Source: Candidatus Xenobia bacterium
GTDB taxonomy: Bacteria > Vulcanimicrobiota > Xenobia > Xenobiales > QWHO01
Assembly: GCA_045863235.1 (NCBI GenBank)
Contig: BTUM01000076.1
Location: 1-38,844, forward strand
Length of the DNA: 38,844 nucleotides
Reading direction: 5' to 3'
Below are positions 35,781 to 38,844 of the stretch, one piece after another (position 1 is the stretch's first letter; every line of letters starts with the position of its first letter). The notes below the pieces were generated by a model. It did not search any database. It had not been told where the DNA came from and saw only the letters and a list, made by a program, of their open reading frames with translations. Both the position numbers and the translations under genes were made by a program.

Positions 35781-37235
35781 TTGCAGACAGCCTGGATCCT
35801 GGGCGATCAGCTGAGCCTGCGCAACAGCGCCCTGGCCGCCCTGGACAGGGCCCACGACCAGGTGCTCTTGATCGAGTCCTTGGAGCGCGCGCGAGTGCTC
35901 CCTTACCACAAGCAGAAAATGGTGCTGCTCTGGTCGTGTATGCGACACTTCGCAGACGAGCTGCGCTCACGGGGTTATCAGGTCGACTACCACGCTGCCT
36001 GTCCCGACTATGCCGGGGCCGTGGCCCGCCATCGCGAGCGTTTTCGACCCCGGCGCATCTTGATGATGGAGCCGGCCGATTACGGGGTAGCCGAGCAGCT
36101 CGGGGCCGACGAGATCACACCGGACAGCCTGTTTGTCTGCCCACCGGGCCAGAAGCCCTACGCCCGGCTCGAGCACTTTTACCGTGCCATGCGGCGGGCC
36201 ACGGGCCTCTTGATGGACGGCGACGAGCCGCACTCCGGGCGCTGGAACTACGACGCTGAGAACCGGGAGGTGCCCGAAAAGGGGCACCGCTTCCCTCCTC
36301 TCCCCACCTATCCGCCCGATGCGATCACCCGCGAGGTGATGTCCCTGGTCGAGCGCGAGCTACCCGGCCACTTCGGCCAGTTGGAGGATTTCAACTGGCC
36401 CGTGACCCGCTCGCAGGCCGAGCACTTCCTGGAGGACTTTCTCGAGCACCGGCTCGACCTGTTTGGCCCCTACGAGGACGCCATGGTCACGGGAGAGCGG
36501 GCCCTCTATCACTCGCTCCTCTCCCCGCTCCTGAACCTGGGCCTGCTCGACCCTCTCGAGGTGTGCCGGCGGGCCGAGCAGCGCTATCGCTCCGGCCGGG
36601 CCCGGCTCAGCTCGGTGGAGGGCTTCATCCGCCAGGTGCTGGGCTGGCGGGAGTTCGTACGCCAGGTCTACCGACAGCGCATGCCCGGCTACCTGGAGAG
36701 CAACCACCTCCATGCCGACCTGCCTCTGCCAGTTTTCTACTGGGATGGAGAAACCGACATGGCCTGCCTGCGCGAGGCCGTCACCAGCCTGATGCGCCAC
36801 GGCATCAACCACCACATCCAGCGCCTGATGGTGACCGGCAACTTCGCCCTGATTGCCGGGGTAGAGCCGCGCCAGGTCAACGACTGGTATCTGCTCGCTT
36901 ACGCCGACGCCTACGAGTGGGTGGTCAGCCCGAACGTGCTGGGGCTCTCGCTGTTTGCCGACGGGGGGGTGATCGCCAGCAAGCCCTACGCCGCCTCGGC
37001 CAACTACCTCAACAAAATGAGCGACCACTGCGCTGGCTGCCGCTATGACCCCAAAAGCGACTGCCCCTTCAACGCCCTCTACTGGGACTTTCTGGCCCGC
37101 CACCAGGACGAGTTTCGTTCCAATCCCCGCATGGCGCTGATGGTCAAACAGCTCCAGCGCAAGAGCGACCTCGAGGCCTTGCGGACCCGGGCGGCCGAGC
37201 TTCGCTCCCGGCTGCGGGCGGGCGGGCGCCTGTGA
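35781..37235 (+). CDS. Photolyase/cryptochrome, FeS-BCP (PhrB/CryB-like) type
   Basis: ILGDQLS, HKQK, GRWNYDAENR, FGPYEDAM, VEGFIRQVLGWREF, HHIQRLM, KPYAAS; four Cys (DMAC, HCAGC, DCPFN). Confidence 0.93.
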   Translation: MQTAWILGDQLSLRNSALAALDRAHDQVLLIESLERARVLPYHKQKMVLLWSCMRHFADELRSRGYQVDYHAACPDYAGAVARHRERFRPRRILMMEPADYGVAEQLGADEITPDSLFVCPPGQKPYARLEHFYRAMRRATGLLMDGDEPHSGRWNYDAENREVPEKGHRFPPLPTYPPDAITREVMSLVERELPGHFGQLEDFNWPVTRSQAEHFLEDFLEHRLDLFGPYEDAMVTGERALYHSLLSPLLNLGLLDPLEVCRRAEQRYRSGRARLSSVEGFIRQVLGWREFVRQVYRQRMPGYLESNHLHADLPLPVFYWDGETDMACLREAVTSLMRHGINHHIQRLMVTGNFALIAGVEPRQVNDWYLLAYADAYEWVVSPNVLGLSLFADGGVIASKPYAASANYLNKMSDHCAGCRYDPKSDCPFNALYWDFLARHQDEFRSNPRMALMVKQLQRKSDLEALRTRAAELRSRLRAGGRL

Positions 37236-37319
37236 TCGGGCGGGGGTAGGGCGGCGCCCGCGAGCGTTCACTCTCGTATCGTCGGGTCAAAGCCCACCTT
37301 AACAGCCGCTGGCAGGATC

Positions 37320-37571
37320 TCATCGGATCGTGTATCTGGCGCTCATGTCGGACGAATTGATGTTGCTCAGATCGAAGGACTGGATTCCGACGTCCTGAAC
37401 GCTTCTCAACTCGCCACCCTGGGTGACTCCATCACCGTTGGCGTCAGCCCAGACCGACAGTCCGTGAAGCTCGTCGCCGGCCACCTGGCCGTCATTGTTC
37501 TTGTCGAAGTTTTGCCTGAGCTTTTCGTAGCCGTTGGCGTACCTCATCAAGTTGTTGCCCTGCACGTCCAT
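37320..37571 (-). pseudogene. Fragment of a Ca-binding (EF-hand-like) secreted protein
   Basis: FDKNNDGQV and LSVWADANGDGVTQGGEL motifs; in-frame stop six codons upstream of the Met, so probably 5'-truncated. Confidence 0.55.
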
Positions 37572-37690
37572 CGTGGGCCAGCCCGACTACCGACTACTCG
37601 ACGACTCGCCGATGGTCGAGGCGATCATCCAGACCGGCGAAGGCTTGGCGGCCGACCTGTGGGACCTGGACGGCCTGGATGCAGCCGGCC

Positions 37691-37940
37691 GATCTGAAAG
37701 AAGCGGTCTACCTCGGCCTTCCCCCAGGTGCCGATCTCGACCGACCGAGGCACCACCACGGTCCTCCATGCGCTGGAAGTGTCGGTCCAGATGAGCCCAG
37801 CAGGTCTGTAGCCTTTCGACCGGGTGAAACGAGTAGGTTGTGGCGCGGTCGGCCCCGAGTATCCCCTCGAAACAGTCGCCGAGTAGCCTTCGGGCGCTGT
37901 CGTGGTCCTTGCGAGAAGAGATCATGAAGATGGCCAGCCG
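37691..37940 (-). mobile_element. IS66-family transposase fragment, frameshifted
   Basis: SR...ARRLLGDCFEGILGADR..Y...QTCWAHLDRHF; continues as EIGTWGKAEVDRFFQI if one 4-nt unit at 37741-37748 is removed. Confidence 0.8.
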
Positions 37941-38016
37941 GCAGTACAGCACTTTTTCATTTTCGCGAAGAAGTTGGCGTCTTCCCTTGCGTTGGCTCGG
38001 TGGATTACCGGCCTCG

Positions 38017-38045
38017 TTGCCAGGATGAGGCTGATCTGCTATCCT
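38017..38045 (+). promoter_or_regulatory. sigma70-type promoter TTGCCA-N17-TATCCT with extended -10 TG
   Basis: -35 at 38017-38022, 17-nt spacer, -10 at 38040-38045. Confidence 0.7.
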
Positions 38046-38169
38046 AAAAAAGTGCTCGGTCCCGCTGTAACGAGACCGAGCAGGGGTTCAACCGGCTACC
38101 AGGCGGGCTGCGTGTCAGCAGCAACACCAGGAGCAGGACGAGAAGGATGAACAAGGTCCAAGCTCTCAT
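38044..38169 (-). CDS. Small hydrophobic peptide, Ibs-like type I toxin candidate, probably frameshifted
   Basis: AAGGAGG (38177-38183) 7 nt before the ATG; MRAWTLFILLVLLLVLLLT...; removing one duplicated AC gives ...TQPAW* with TAG at 38096-38098. Confidence 0.65.
   Translation of the reverse strand: MRAWTLFILLVLLLVLLLTRSPPGSRLNPCSVSLQRDRALF
38046..38082 (-). terminator. Intrinsic terminator downstream of the small peptide gene
   Basis: Minus-strand stem tgctcggtctcg/cgggaccgagca followed by CTTTTTT. Confidence 0.75.
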
Positions 38170-38218
38170 CGTAGCCCCTCCTTTCCGAGCCTGCGTTGCT
38201 GCGCAGGCTCTTCGTTTT
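38052..38218 (+). ncRNA. Putative cis-antisense RNA (Sib-like type I antitoxin), about 165 nt
   Basis: Bounded by the 38017-38045 promoter and the 38187-38218 terminator; complementary to the peptide ORF and its RBS. Confidence 0.55.
38187..38218 (+). terminator. Intrinsic terminator of the putative antisense RNA
   Basis: Perfect 9-bp stem gagcctgcg/cgcaggctc with 6-nt loop, then TTCGTTTT. Confidence 0.7.
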
Positions 38219-38357
38219 GGAAGGGGTCCACTCTGAACGGGCTCAGTGTTCCTTGCCCACCTGTCCCCGTGAGGGAGATTCAATGTGCATTGAAACTTCT
38301 CCTCATGAGCCCGAACCTTGTATTCTGAGCATCAGCACCAGTGGCGGCCCACGTCGC

Positions 38358-38703
38358 CGGCCGCGGGGATGGTAGCGACGCACCAGGCCGAGCAGCTCGC
38401 CAGGCCGAACCCGCGTGTAGATCTCCGTGGTCGCTGAGCATAATGCCCGAGCAGGCGGCTGGTGGCCACCACGTCCTGCGTGCGCTCGACGAGCTGAGTG
38501 GCGAAGAAGTGCCGGTTGCCGCATCGAGTGAGGCGTGGCCGAGCCCGCTTTCTGGCGCAACTCCTGCATAATCTGCTGGACCAGCCGGATGCTGATGCGG
38601 CGGTGCTGGCGGACCACCAGGAGCGGCGCTTCGGAGGGGTGGAGAAGCCGCGTTTGGCGAGGAAGTTCGCGAGGTGACGAAACGGCTTCAGGGCAACGGG
38701 CAC
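38358..38703 (-). pseudogene. XerC/D-like tyrosine recombinase, C-terminal remnant with several frameshifts
   Basis: Stitched frames: VP..LANFLAKR / APLLV..RISIRLVQ..ATPHSMR / HFFATQLVERTQDVVATSRLLGH / ATTEIYTRV...YHPR (HxxR, LGH and catalytic Tyr). Confidence 0.85.
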
Positions 38704-38844
38704 GCCACTGCCTCGGAGACGAGGCCCTGTCTCCGGACGGGCTAAAAAGAGTGAGCTTTCGGCAAGCGCGCTTGGAACGGGTGGAGGCGGGTGAAAATTC
38801 CGGTCAAGAACTGGACATGGATCCGGGGTCAATCCGGTTTAAAA

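Noticed and set aside
388..37271. Many long opposite-strand or alternate-frame ORFs (e.g. 1469-3154, 13171-15000, 27006-28415, 32045-33919)
   Set aside because: They are shadows of real genes in high-GC DNA: they overlap motif-bearing CDSs and have no motifs of their own
37240..37320. Terminator or tRNA attachment site after the photolyase gene
   Set aside because: Weak stem without a U-tract, and no tRNA cloverleaf or T-arm motif

Overview
High-GC bacterial chromosomal segment (roughly two-thirds GC by eye) with about 28 intact genes. Gene style suggests a diderm such as Candidatus Eremiobacterota/Vulcanimicrobiota; this is an inference, not tested. In order: an M20 amidohydrolase, PocR-like/GAF/GGDEF diguanylate cyclase, membrane-anchored TRAP solute-binding protein, WGR-DUF4132 protein and a hypothetical; a minus-strand GAF histidine kinase, REC-TPR-BTAD regulator and Ser/Thr kinase, divergent from four coupled (pseudo)pilin genes plus a YkgJ/FliB-like Cys-cluster gene; an Ig-like lipoprotein; a tandem eukaryote-type 6-phosphofructokinase; a beta-propeller protein; a hairpin-dense intergenic element; an unlisted Phd/YefM antitoxin remnant; an rRNA methyltransferase; TolC; a three-gene operon with a papain-like Cys/His/Asp protein; a SAM methyltransferase; a lone arcA; and TerC, a lytic transglycosylase and an FeS-type photolyase. 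The last 1.5 kb is a decayed mobile mosaic (IS66 and Xer-like fragments). It holds the best new candidate: an Ibs/Sib-like type I toxin-antitoxin cassette, with a short Leu-rich peptide, strong RBS and terminator on the minus strand, overlapped by a plus-strand antisense RNA with its own sigma70 promoter and terminator. No rRNA, tRNA or CRISPR array was seen. All family calls come from reading motifs by eye.
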